From the IMG/VR virus record IMGVR_UViG_3300045988_134250: a stretch of DNA of 64,000 nucleotides; one strand, given 5' to 3'. A program made the position numbers and the translations under genes. Of the stretch, positions 56,334 to 64,000 are shown in pieces. Numbering within the stretch: the stretch's first letter is position 1; each line of letters opens with the position of its first letter. The stretch is from a virus (lineage: Duplodnaviria; Heunggongvirae; Uroviricota; Caudoviricetes). Under the pieces are notes generated by a model. That model saw nothing but the letters and a program-made list of their open reading frames with translations. It did no database searches and had not been told where the DNA came from.

Positions 56334-59300
56334 TTTGCAACTCCTTCATACATCCCAAGAAAAATTCCAGCACGCCGTCATTGTTTAATACAGAGTTAGT
56401 CGCCTGCTCCGGATCGGCATACATCTGCAAGGCCATAGAAAAAATCTCAGTCGCCCTGCAATTGCTTAATGCAGGTGGCTTTGATATAAATCTGCCGCTG
56501 ACAGAACTTACCGTATTTTCCATATAAATTTTAGACATATATCCATGACTTAGGTCGGTTCGCACCAAATACTCAGCACTGCCACGGCTACCAATATTAT
56601 GATAAGAAACTTTACCGTTAGTTTTTGATTTAATGAAGGCTTTGGCCCTCTCCAATAGATGGGGATTTGAATGTTCTATATGGTGACCTATTTCATGCCA
56701 TAATACACGCTCGTGATCACTATTAGCATCAATTGTTATATTCCCATTTCGACTTGCAAAAGCACGAACATTGTTCTTGTGGTTAATATTTTTTAATGTA
56801 GATAAAGTCCCTCCTGAAATAATATAGGCTTTTTCAATCGTCTCGCGAATACTGTATGCTTTACGGGAGAAAGTTTCATTATCGTGACCACTTAACTGCT
56901 CTGCTTCATCAGAAATAGCAATCCCACGACTCCATTCCTTAGACTGGTCATGTGACACATTTGACGATTCAAGAATCATGTCAAATGCGGCTCTGACTTT
57001 TTTATGTACTACATTTTCAAGCGCATTAGGATAGGCTTTTTGTCCACGTGTTAATGAAGCTATTTCATATAGTTCTGCTTGCAAGTCTTCCGGTATGTCC
57101 AGATTAAAAACAAGCATTTTTTTCAGATCATATCCAATCCCATGATCATTCTGGTGCAAAACCTCAGCAAGGTAGTCAGTGAGTTTTTCCTTATTTGACC
57201 TAACTTTATTGATTTGTTCTATAGTAAAGTCAACACGCTCCTTGATTCCGTAATATGAGGAATGCTCTGCTAATTCCACTATCTCCTTAAGCCTGACAAG
57301 TGTCTCAATATACGCATCAGCGATCTCCTCTGCCGTTAGTTCAGAGCTAACTCCGACACTGGCTGTTATTTTCCTACCAGCCGCCATAATATCGTCGATA
57401 TTATGCAAGCTCTTTTTGAATAACTTCAAAGTATTTTGGATTATGCACACCATCTCTTCTGCGCTTCCAGCTTTATTCATTTCCTTTCTAAATCTTAAAG
57501 CTGTTTTCTCTGCAATAGACGCTGGAGATTTTAAATAGTTACCTAACCAAACAAGACAACCATTGCGCAATTCATCAATACTAAAGTCATCAGGAATATG
57601 TTTTGCTGCATTATGTAAAACACGTATAAATTGTTCAGCGGGCACGCCTTCTTCTGATATGTTGCAAAACGTTTCAATATCACAATCAATATTTCTTTCA
57701 TCTGCGAGCGAAGGAGCTTCATCTCCTTTTTCAATCGCGTCACGCAGTGCGTTAGCATAAAAATTGCTGCGTTGATAAGACAATAACATCGTTGTTAACA
57801 CAGCGTCGCTGTATCCATAACGTTTAGCCCACTCCTTAATCTCATTAACGGTGACATTGCGAATATAAAAACCAAGTTCCAAAAATACATTGCGCTTTAT
57901 TTTTTTTGCGGACTCCTTAATTTTTTCTGACACCTTCACGATTCGGATCAAGTCCTCCACGCTGGTCGCATCAGCAATTAGCTTTGAAATGTATGGTTCG
58001 ACCTCTCCTGAAACCGATTCAAACATGGCGAAATTAAGCCCTTTACCTTCGCCATACTCAGCCTCAATTTCATCAGAAACGGCAGATAAAATGCTACGCA
58101 GATCGACATCTCCGCCGCCGAACATATCGCCTAACGCTTGTTGCTGGTGAATAAGTTCATCGTTAATTTTTTGCGCCAGTTTCTTGAAAGCTGCCCCCAT
58201 TCGCTTAGCGCTTCGGTTGTTGGCAACAATAAACAGAGCAAGCGCTTCTGCTTCCGGAGTGCTATCTCCAAACAATCCACGCTGTGCGATCACCTCTTCT
58301 ACTGCCTGACCGTTATCTTTTGCTTCACGAACAAGGTTAATTGCTTCCTGTAGCGCGGCAATAGCCTGTTTATCCAGACCATTCAATTGCTCTATACCGT
58401 CTACCAGTCCGGTTACCGTGTCATGGTGAACATCACCTGAAAGCGACTGCATTTGCGCAAAATCGCTGGCTGCCGTATTTAATGCGGTAAGAATGTTACG
58501 CATTTCCGGATCTGGCTCTTCCGCCACCAGCCGAACAAGCCTTTCATCCTTGTACGCTTTGGCAAAAATTGCATTCTGGATGCGGTCGATAAGTTGTTTC
58601 GTTGGACGCCCATCGGCAGTAAGCAAACCTGCCGTCGCCGTATCACCTATTTCGCGCAAAAACGCACGAATAAACGCATCATTGGACCGCGCCAGTAGAT
58701 TTCCATCATCTGAAGGATTAAATAGCGCCATGACGCTCTCAGTGAGAAATTGCGCATCCGCATACGCTTTTTCACTTGCAGCCATCTCTTGCAGATCGCT
58801 GATGTTTGAATCGCGGGCAAATTGTGCGCGGTCTACATCTGTGAGTCTTTCTCGCACCAATACGGGCATAGACATTTGTGAAATGTCGTCAGGATTCAGA
58901 CCAAACTCTTTTGCATGATCGATCAGGTACTGGCGATATTCATCCGCCTGCCCTTGCTCATAGGCACGCCAGATACCCATGCTCCTTCCGTTGCCGGATT
59001 CAACAACGTTGTCCGGACCAACTATCGGCGCTCCGTGGCTGCTCATGCCGGAATCCGTTAATTGTGCCGGGCGTAAATTGGAGGCAATACGGTTAACCTG
59101 GAGTTTGCTTGATAGCCGTGTACGGTCACGTGGCTGGAGTTCTTCCGGGAAGGCCGGATTAATCGTACCGTCAAGGTTGTTCGAAATGATCAGACTGCTG
59201 GCATCAACGACCTTAAAAGCCGTCTTTACCTCTGCCCCTTTACTGGTGACTACGTAACTACTGCGCCCCTGGCGTGTTTCTCGCCTCTCTAATGAAGAAA

Positions 59301-59364
59301 CCAGCGCAATAACACTGTTAATGTCTGCTGCTTCGGATAGCGCGGAAGTAACTGACTTGTTCAA
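56323..59364 (-). CDS. DdrB-like large virion-associated protein (by position in a dar-type operon), containing an HExxH motif
   Basis: 1013 aa; WHEIGHHIEH near the C-terminus; 4th gene after the holin pair, as in P1 hdf-darA-ddrA-ddrB. Confidence 0.45.
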   Translation of the reverse strand: MNKSVTSALSEAADINSVIALVSSLERRETRQGRSSYVVTSKGAEVKTAFKVVDASSLIISNNLDGTINPAFPEELQPRDRTRLSSKLQVNRIASNLRPAQLTDSGMSSHGAPIVGPDNVVESGNGRSMGIWRAYEQGQADEYRQYLIDHAKEFGLNPDDISQMSMPVLVRERLTDVDRAQFARDSNISDLQEMAASEKAYADAQFLTESVMALFNPSDDGNLLARSNDAFIRAFLREIGDTATAGLLTADGRPTKQLIDRIQNAIFAKAYKDERLVRLVAEEPDPEMRNILTALNTAASDFAQMQSLSGDVHHDTVTGLVDGIEQLNGLDKQAIAALQEAINLVREAKDNGQAVEEVIAQRGLFGDSTPEAEALALFIVANNRSAKRMGAAFKKLAQKINDELIHQQQALGDMFGGGDVDLRSILSAVSDEIEAEYGEGKGLNFAMFESVSGEVEPYISKLIADATSVEDLIRIVKVSEKIKESAKKIKRNVFLELGFYIRNVTVNEIKEWAKRYGYSDAVLTTMLLSYQRSNFYANALRDAIEKGDEAPSLADERNIDCDIETFCNISEEGVPAEQFIRVLHNAAKHIPDDFSIDELRNGCLVWLGNYLKSPASIAEKTALRFRKEMNKAGSAEEMVCIIQNTLKLFKKSLHNIDDIMAAGRKITASVGVSSELTAEEIADAYIETLVRLKEIVELAEHSSYYGIKERVDFTIEQINKVRSNKEKLTDYLAEVLHQNDHGIGYDLKKMLVFNLDIPEDLQAELYEIASLTRGQKAYPNALENVVHKKVRAAFDMILESSNVSHDQSKEWSRGIAISDEAEQLSGHDNETFSRKAYSIRETIEKAYIISGGTLSTLKNINHKNNVRAFASRNGNITIDANSDHERVLWHEIGHHIEHSNPHLLERAKAFIKSKTNGKVSYHNIGSRGSAEYLVRTDLSHGYMSKIYMENTVSSVSGRFISKPPALSNCRATEIFSMALQMYADPEQATNSVLNNDGVLEFFLGCMKELQNEV

Positions 59365-59457
59365 AATACACTCCCCTTACATAGAAAGCAGGAAGTGTAA
59401 AAAGTGTGTGATTTATGGACTTACAGGAAAGTGAAAGGGGCATTTCAGCCCCTTTGA

Positions 59458-59826
59458 TTACCCTGCATAACCGTTGGCTTTCACCCAGCTTATGGTCTGC
59501 TCTTTTGCCTGTTCCAACGTAAGGAACTCGCCAACATAGTTTGAGATCCCACGCAGCGCATCAATAAATTCCATTTGTGTGGACTTTGTGAACACACCGC
59601 CCAGGAAGTCAGTCACTATCTTAGGAACTTCATCTACAACAGGATCAGTCTGTTGTTGCGGTTCCGCTGCCGGTTGCGCGGCAGTCCCCAAGCCCAATTT
59701 CAGCATCACATCAACAATCTGCTTACCAATGGTGACGCGTTGCAATACTGGCGCCGTTTTCTGCGCCTGCATTAGATCTGATAGCTCTTTACCTAATTTC
59801 AGGCGGTCTAAAACAGAGATGGTCAT
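59458..59826 (-). CDS. DdrA-like small protein (by position)
   Basis: 122 aa; start overlaps the stop of the DarA-like gene. Confidence 0.4.
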   Translation of the reverse strand: MTISVLDRLKLGKELSDLMQAQKTAPVLQRVTIGKQIVDVMLKLGLGTAAQPAAEPQQQTDPVVDEVPKIVTDFLGGVFTKSTQMEFIDALRGISNYVGEFLTLEQAKEQTISWVKANGYAG

Positions 59827-61757
59827 TAAGCACCTCCCTGCTGAATTTCAGCCAGAATGTTGATCAGGTAGTCAACTGCTGCACCAACAGTGGCTTCGTT
59901 CTCGTCGTATCGACCTGCGCTGATTAGAGCGTTTGCTGCTTCCTGCACATGATCAAGTTCAGCACTGATGACCGTCAGATCGCGGGATGTAAACTGCTCC
60001 GGCACGGATTTCAGGTACTCCAGTGCTTTATCTGCCTCCTGATCAGCTTCACTTGCTGATTCACCAGCTTCTTCTGGCTCCGGCTCCTGTTCTGGTGCTG
60101 GTTGTGGTTGTGATTCCGGCTCAACCACATGCTCTGTTTTTACTTCGCTTGAATGATTTTGAAGGGCGTTATACACGTCCATAATGAAAAGGTTCTCCCC
60201 ATCACCAAGTGGATACGCCACGTTTGGAAACGCTTTGCGGAAAAGAATTTTCACTTGCGCCTTGAATGTTTTCAGGTCACTGCCAAACAGGTCTACATAG
60301 CCATCAATATGTTTCGACATGCTGGACACAACCAATTGGCCTGCAAAATCTTTCAGCTCATCTTCATCAGGAAGATAGAGCAACTCGTACTGGCTGACTT
60401 CTTCATCTGTCAGTTTACGGTCATACGTAATGATACCGTGACGAGCATATTCGTAATACTGATCAGCCTGGTCAGGACGATCAAGCACGGCTTTATTTCC
60501 ATCCGGCACAGCACCAACACCAGCCGGGCGAGATTGAAGTGCATAGTGGTATTTACCTACATCCTGGCTCTCTGGTTGTGATACTGGGTTCGTCTCGGGG
60601 TCTGTCTGTGGTGGTTCGGGGTCTTCCTGCTGGCCTGGTAACACATCAACTTTATATTTATCTGCGTTATGCTCTCGGTAGGCTTTAAGTAATTTGGTTG
60701 CAGCATCTGCCAAACTGCCTCCTTTGACAGCACTGGCATCAATACTGAATTTACCTTCAGGTGCTACTATCGTAACGAAATTGTCACTGCCGGACGTGAT
60801 ATAATTAACTTCAGCGCCATTATCCAGCACTGTTTTTCCGTCAATGGCAAGATTATGTTTTACATGTCGCAGCTGGTCACTAAACGCTCGTTCCTTCGTT
60901 TTTTCACCTTTAGCAGACAACAATTTATCGCGTTTTTCTTGTAATTCCTCGTTGATGGCTTTCTGGGCATCAAGTTTTTTTTGCATCTCCGTAAGAGCAG
61001 CACGCTTTTCAGTCAGCCCACGTTGCGCAACGTCCACCTGATCAATCATTATTGACCGTTCTTCTGCCAGTTTATCTGCTTCATTGAGATAACTCTCAAT
61101 ATCTGCCTTCATTTTGTCCTGGCGCTCTTTTGCTTTCTTAAATTTTTCGCTGTTACGCTCAATCAAATTAGATAGCGCCTGGCATACCTGGCTTAAAGAA
61201 ACATCTCTCCCACCAATCGGGGCGACAACGTGAGTTACGTTACGCTTATTAAGTAAAAACTGAAATGCAACAAGCTCGTCGTTACTCTTTATTTTTGCCC
61301 CGTCAGCTGTTGGAGAGTGGAAAATTATGCTTGTACTCTGCCCGTCAGTAAGCGGTATCTGCGCGGTCAAAACAGGGATATTAGCTACCCGACGTACACG
61401 ACCGATAATCGCACCACCAATACAATTACGTCCATTTTCATCGGTCCCGGCTTCATCAGTCCCTGCCATAATATTCGTACCATTCAGGCCACGATTCAGC
61501 GCACGGACGAAAGCTCGCATTGTTTGAGCTAACCGAATTCTGGTTGTAGTTATGGACTCAAACATAGCTTCGTCAGACACAACCAGAATTTCATTGCCCA
61601 TATAGGCAAGCTCAATATCTTCTAAGGTCGCCGCCTCAAAAATCAGGTCATCTTCGCTTAATTCTTCTGAAGACCAGCGACTTGGCACATAGCCGGGGAT
61701 CGTATCAGCAAAAGTAGACTGAATATTAATTCGTAAAGGATTGTTAATCATGCTCAT
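59826..61757 (-). CDS. DarA-like antirestriction/capsid-associated protein (by position and size)
   Basis: About 640 aa; start set at an internal Met because the longest ORF overlaps the upstream gene by 47 nt; Glu/Lys coiled-coil and acidic PEPE-rich C-terminal region. Confidence 0.45.
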   Translation of the reverse strand: MSMINNPLRINIQSTFADTIPGYVPSRWSSEELSEDDLIFEAATLEDIELAYMGNEILVVSDEAMFESITTTRIRLAQTMRAFVRALNRGLNGTNIMAGTDEAGTDENGRNCIGGAIIGRVRRVANIPVLTAQIPLTDGQSTSIIFHSPTADGAKIKSNDELVAFQFLLNKRNVTHVVAPIGGRDVSLSQVCQALSNLIERNSEKFKKAKERQDKMKADIESYLNEADKLAEERSIMIDQVDVAQRGLTEKRAALTEMQKKLDAQKAINEELQEKRDKLLSAKGEKTKERAFSDQLRHVKHNLAIDGKTVLDNGAEVNYITSGSDNFVTIVAPEGKFSIDASAVKGGSLADAATKLLKAYREHNADKYKVDVLPGQQEDPEPPQTDPETNPVSQPESQDVGKYHYALQSRPAGVGAVPDGNKAVLDRPDQADQYYEYARHGIITYDRKLTDEEVSQYELLYLPDEDELKDFAGQLVVSSMSKHIDGYVDLFGSDLKTFKAQVKILFRKAFPNVAYPLGDGENLFIMDVYNALQNHSSEVKTEHVVEPESQPQPAPEQEPEPEEAGESASEADQEADKALEYLKSVPEQFTSRDLTVISAELDHVQEAANALISAGRYDENEATVGAAVDYLINILAEIQQGGA

Positions 61758-62364
61758 CCTCCAGGCGCGCGATTTCTTCTTTAAGAGCACGTGTCTTAGC
61801 TACTTCCTGAGACAAGGCAGCTTTAACGTTACCCGTATCTTGCATTACTTTGTCTGACTTGCTCTGGAGTTTAGACAGTTTGTCGTTAGCATTAGCGATA
61901 TCTTCACGGAGTGCATCACGTGATTCTTTCGCTTCAGCTAATTTCTGAGCGTTAGATTTAACTCCCTGCCGCTTCTTATTTCCGTCATCAATATTTTTTG
62001 CTGCACGAGCAAGTTTTCGAGCTAATGACTTCTGGAAAGAAGTTGCTCCGCGATTAAATAAAGCCGCAAGAGATTGCCCCAAAGCCGACATTGTTTTTAC
62101 TGGCTTGAACGGTACTGTTTTACCATTCAGTTTGATCCCAGATATATCACCGGTATCGTTAACCTGAACTTCCATTGTCTGTTCATCAATACCAATAAGG
62201 GTAAACGTGCGCGTCATGATCCCATCTTTCTTCCTGCCATTACTTGCAGGGATCACCCTCGCTATCTTGTAACCACCTTTGCTGATTTCTTTGACGAGTT
62301 TTGCCAGCCCCTTTTCGTTTAACTCATCATAATTAAGAAGAACATAATTATTCTTATTTGACAT
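61744..62364 (-). CDS. Hdf-like protein (by position upstream of the DarA-like gene)
   Basis: 206 aa; Lys-rich coiled-coil C-terminus. Confidence 0.4.
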   Translation of the reverse strand: MSNKNNYVLLNYDELNEKGLAKLVKEISKGGYKIARVIPASNGRKKDGIMTRTFTLIGIDEQTMEVQVNDTGDISGIKLNGKTVPFKPVKTMSALGQSLAALFNRGATSFQKSLARKLARAAKNIDDGNKKRQGVKSNAQKLAEAKESRDALREDIANANDKLSKLQSKSDKVMQDTGNVKAALSQEVAKTRALKEEIARLEDEHD

Positions 62365-62800
62365 CCCAGTCTCCTTTACGCTTTTCGATCGTAAACTGGC
62401 GCTCTATGCAGTCATTGATAGGGAAAATGCGATAAAGCGGATTCAGTCGGCAGTTACCGTTAGTCAATGTGACTTTCAGATCCCACTTCGTTGGCTCAAG
62501 ATATTTCGTATCGATGAGCAAATACTCTTCTCTCTCACCGCGTTTTGAGGCGTCAACTGGTCGCGTTTTCCCTGAAATAACCACAGATGGATTTTTCAGG
62601 TCTTGCAACCAATATTCGATTTGAGCATTGCTGACCCAGCTTCGCTTAACACGTAGCGAAACAGGAAATGCTATAGCGGATTCTTTCACTACAGCGTCAC
62701 CAATACTCAAAATCTCAACACTCTTGCGACGAAAAATGAAACGGTCAATGATGGCAACAAATGCCATGATAAAAATGAAATAATTTCCAAAGTTACCCAT
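62354..62800 (-). CDS. LydB-like lysis-timing protein (antiholin candidate), one N-terminal TM
   Basis: 148 aa; MGNFGNYFIFIMAFVAIIDRF; immediately downstream of a holin-like gene. Confidence 0.45.
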   Translation of the reverse strand: MGNFGNYFIFIMAFVAIIDRFIFRRKSVEILSIGDAVVKESAIAFPVSLRVKRSWVSNAQIEYWLQDLKNPSVVISGKTRPVDASKRGEREEYLLIDTKYLEPTKWDLKVTLTNGNCRLNPLYRIFPINDCIERQFTIEKRKGDWDVK

Positions 62801-63126
62801 TATTTCTCTCCACCTTTTCCCCCATTCGCTATTACGCTTAAGAGATTCAAGACGTAACTAGCTCTGGACTTCAAGCCCTGTAAAATTTCACTACCGTTGT
62901 TACTGGCAATCAGAACAACGCAGAAAATGATACCTTCAGGCCATTCTTGGCTAACCGCCACCCCATACCCCGCAAGCCCGGCTGTTACCGCAGTAAACAA
63001 TTCACTCGCAAGATTGAGCAGGGACGCAGAAATGCGCCCGTCTCTAACTCCGAGAAGGAATACGCCGGTTCCACTTAGTAGGGATGTTATGACTACTACA
63101 GCCAGATTTTCATAATCTGCAAACAT
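62800..63126 (-). CDS. Holin-like membrane protein (LydA-type)
   Basis: 108 aa with 2-3 hydrophobic segments (LAVVVITSLLSGTGVFLLG; IIFCVVLIASN); GGAGGGG RBS before the ATG. Confidence 0.5.
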   Translation of the reverse strand: MFADYENLAVVVITSLLSGTGVFLLGVRDGRISASLLNLASELFTAVTAGLAGYGVAVSQEWPEGIIFCVVLIASNNGSEILQGLKSRASYVLNLLSVIANGGKGGEK

Positions 63127-63229
63127 ACCCCTCCAGAAATAACATCTAATGCGCCACTAACTTAGTCAGTTTGTTATTTCCTTACAGGACATCTTCTAGG
63201 ATCGTATCCTTAGCATACAAGGGAGACAT

Positions 63230-63265
63230 ATGCTTATTGGATACATTCGCATATCAACAAATGAT
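63230..63265 (+). repeat. Inverted partial copy of the cin 5' end (start codon plus about 11 codons)
   Basis: atgcttattggatacattcgcatatcaacaaatgat resembles, in opposite orientation, the cin start atgctgattggctacatacgtgtgtcaacaaatgac at 63915-63880. Confidence 0.55.
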
Positions 63266-63342
63266 GATGCGCCGCGCGATAAATGCACTCTATCTTGTGC
63301 GATAAATGGCATCCACGCGGCGTTTCATTATTTGAAAAAGAA

Positions 63343-63915
63343 TTACATTTCAGGTTGCGTTATGACAGTCCCAACAGGGTGATAGCGGTAGATCGTTGAC
63401 AGTCCAATATCATAGATAATTGCCAGCCGCTTTCTGTCATACCCTTTCTGGAGCAATCTTGCGATCTGCTCATGCTGCTCCTTCGTCAGTTTCGGGCGAC
63501 GTCCTCCAACTCTTCCTTGTACTCGCGCAGCAGCCAGTCCTGCCAGCGTGCGCTCAACTATCAGTTCACGCTCCATTTCTGCCAGTGCACCCATCATATG
63601 AAAAAAGAACCTTCCCATCGGAGTGCTGGTATCGATTGAATCCGTCAGACTGCGAAAATTGACACCTTTTGCGCGTAACTCTTCTGTGAGAGCAATGAGG
63701 TGTTTCATTCTTCTACCCAACCGATCCAGCTTCCAGACCACCAATGTATCCCCTCTTTTAAGGCACTTTAAAGCGCGTTTCAGGCCTGGTCGTTCCGACT
63801 TGGTTCCGCTCATTTTGTCCTCAAAAATCTGTTCACATCCTGCGCACATTAATGCATTGCGTTGCAAATCTGTGTTTTGGTCATTTGTTGACACACGTAT
63901 GTAGCCAATCAGCAT
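63343..63915 (-). CDS. cin: Serine DNA invertase of the Hin/Gin/Cin/Pin family
   Basis: 190 aa; MLIGYIRVSTNDQNTDLQRNAL...GDTLVVWKLDRLGR...C-terminal HTH GLSTIYRY. Confidence 0.85.
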   Translation of the reverse strand: MLIGYIRVSTNDQNTDLQRNALMCAGCEQIFEDKMSGTKSERPGLKRALKCLKRGDTLVVWKLDRLGRRMKHLIALTEELRAKGVNFRSLTDSIDTSTPMGRFFFHMMGALAEMERELIVERTLAGLAAARVQGRVGGRRPKLTKEQHEQIARLLQKGYDRKRLAIIYDIGLSTIYRYHPVGTVITQPEM

Positions 63916-64000
63916 TAAAAATACTCCCTTTTGAGTGGTTAAAGTACTGAGATAATGTGGGGAGGATTTGAGAGATAAACGTTGGTTTGGGGGAAGGCTC

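Larger units (their letters stand above)
1..64000. mobile_element. Segment of a P1-family temperate phage / phage-plasmid genome (D6-like), mosaic with lambdoid-type accessory genes
   Basis: Co-occurrence of Dre-like recombinase plus rox-type site, pacA/pacB-like terminase, phd-doc, umuD-like humD, ref-like HNH, cin invertase, lyd/dar operon architecture, giant DarB-like protein, tRNA cluster. Confidence 0.75.

Noticed and set aside
1-64000. CRISPR arrays, rRNA genes, insertion sequences or transposases
   Set aside because: No regularly spaced direct repeats, no rRNA-like segments and no transposase-like ORF were found on reading the sequence; the only recombinases are the Dre-like tyrosine recombinase and the Cin-like invertase.

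Overview
This window reads as a mosaic segment of a P1-family temperate phage or phage-plasmid, of the D6 type: it carries a Cre-like recombinase matching Dre next to a rox-type site (30515-30546). P1-like modules are present on the minus strand: a cin invertase, a lydA/lydB-like holin pair, an hdf-darA-ddrA-ddrB-like operon, a giant DarB-like methyltransferase-helicase (42338-49174), portal/protease candidates, and a pacA/pacB-like terminase. Also present are phd-doc, a LexA-boxed umuD-like gene (humD), a ref-like HNH protein, a five-gene tRNA cluster (Ile-CAU, Ser-UGA, Thr-UGU, Tyr-GUA, Asn-GUU) and a partial rdgC-like gene at the left edge. Large accessory blocks resemble lambdoid early regions (Ead/Ea22-like paralogs, two Rha antirepressor modules, DUF4406, a lambda-type phosphatase), and a higB-higA cassette sits among structural genes. 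No CRISPR array, rRNA or transposase was seen. The strongest candidates for an undescribed system are: (1) an operon downstream of dre encoding a translationally coupled pair whose second member is a large-terminase ATPase paralog with ablated Walker A/B motifs and no nuclease domain, together with a dUTPase and a small W-rich domain protein; (2) that same small domain recurring four times, including fused to Rha; (3) an orphan E. coli-type HigA followed by an AT-rich membrane/coiled-coil protein; and (4) a palindromic GTTAGAA/TTCTAAC site repeated at about 15 operon boundaries. All calls rest on reading the sequence and recalled family signatures; no database search was run, and product names given by position only are marked as such.
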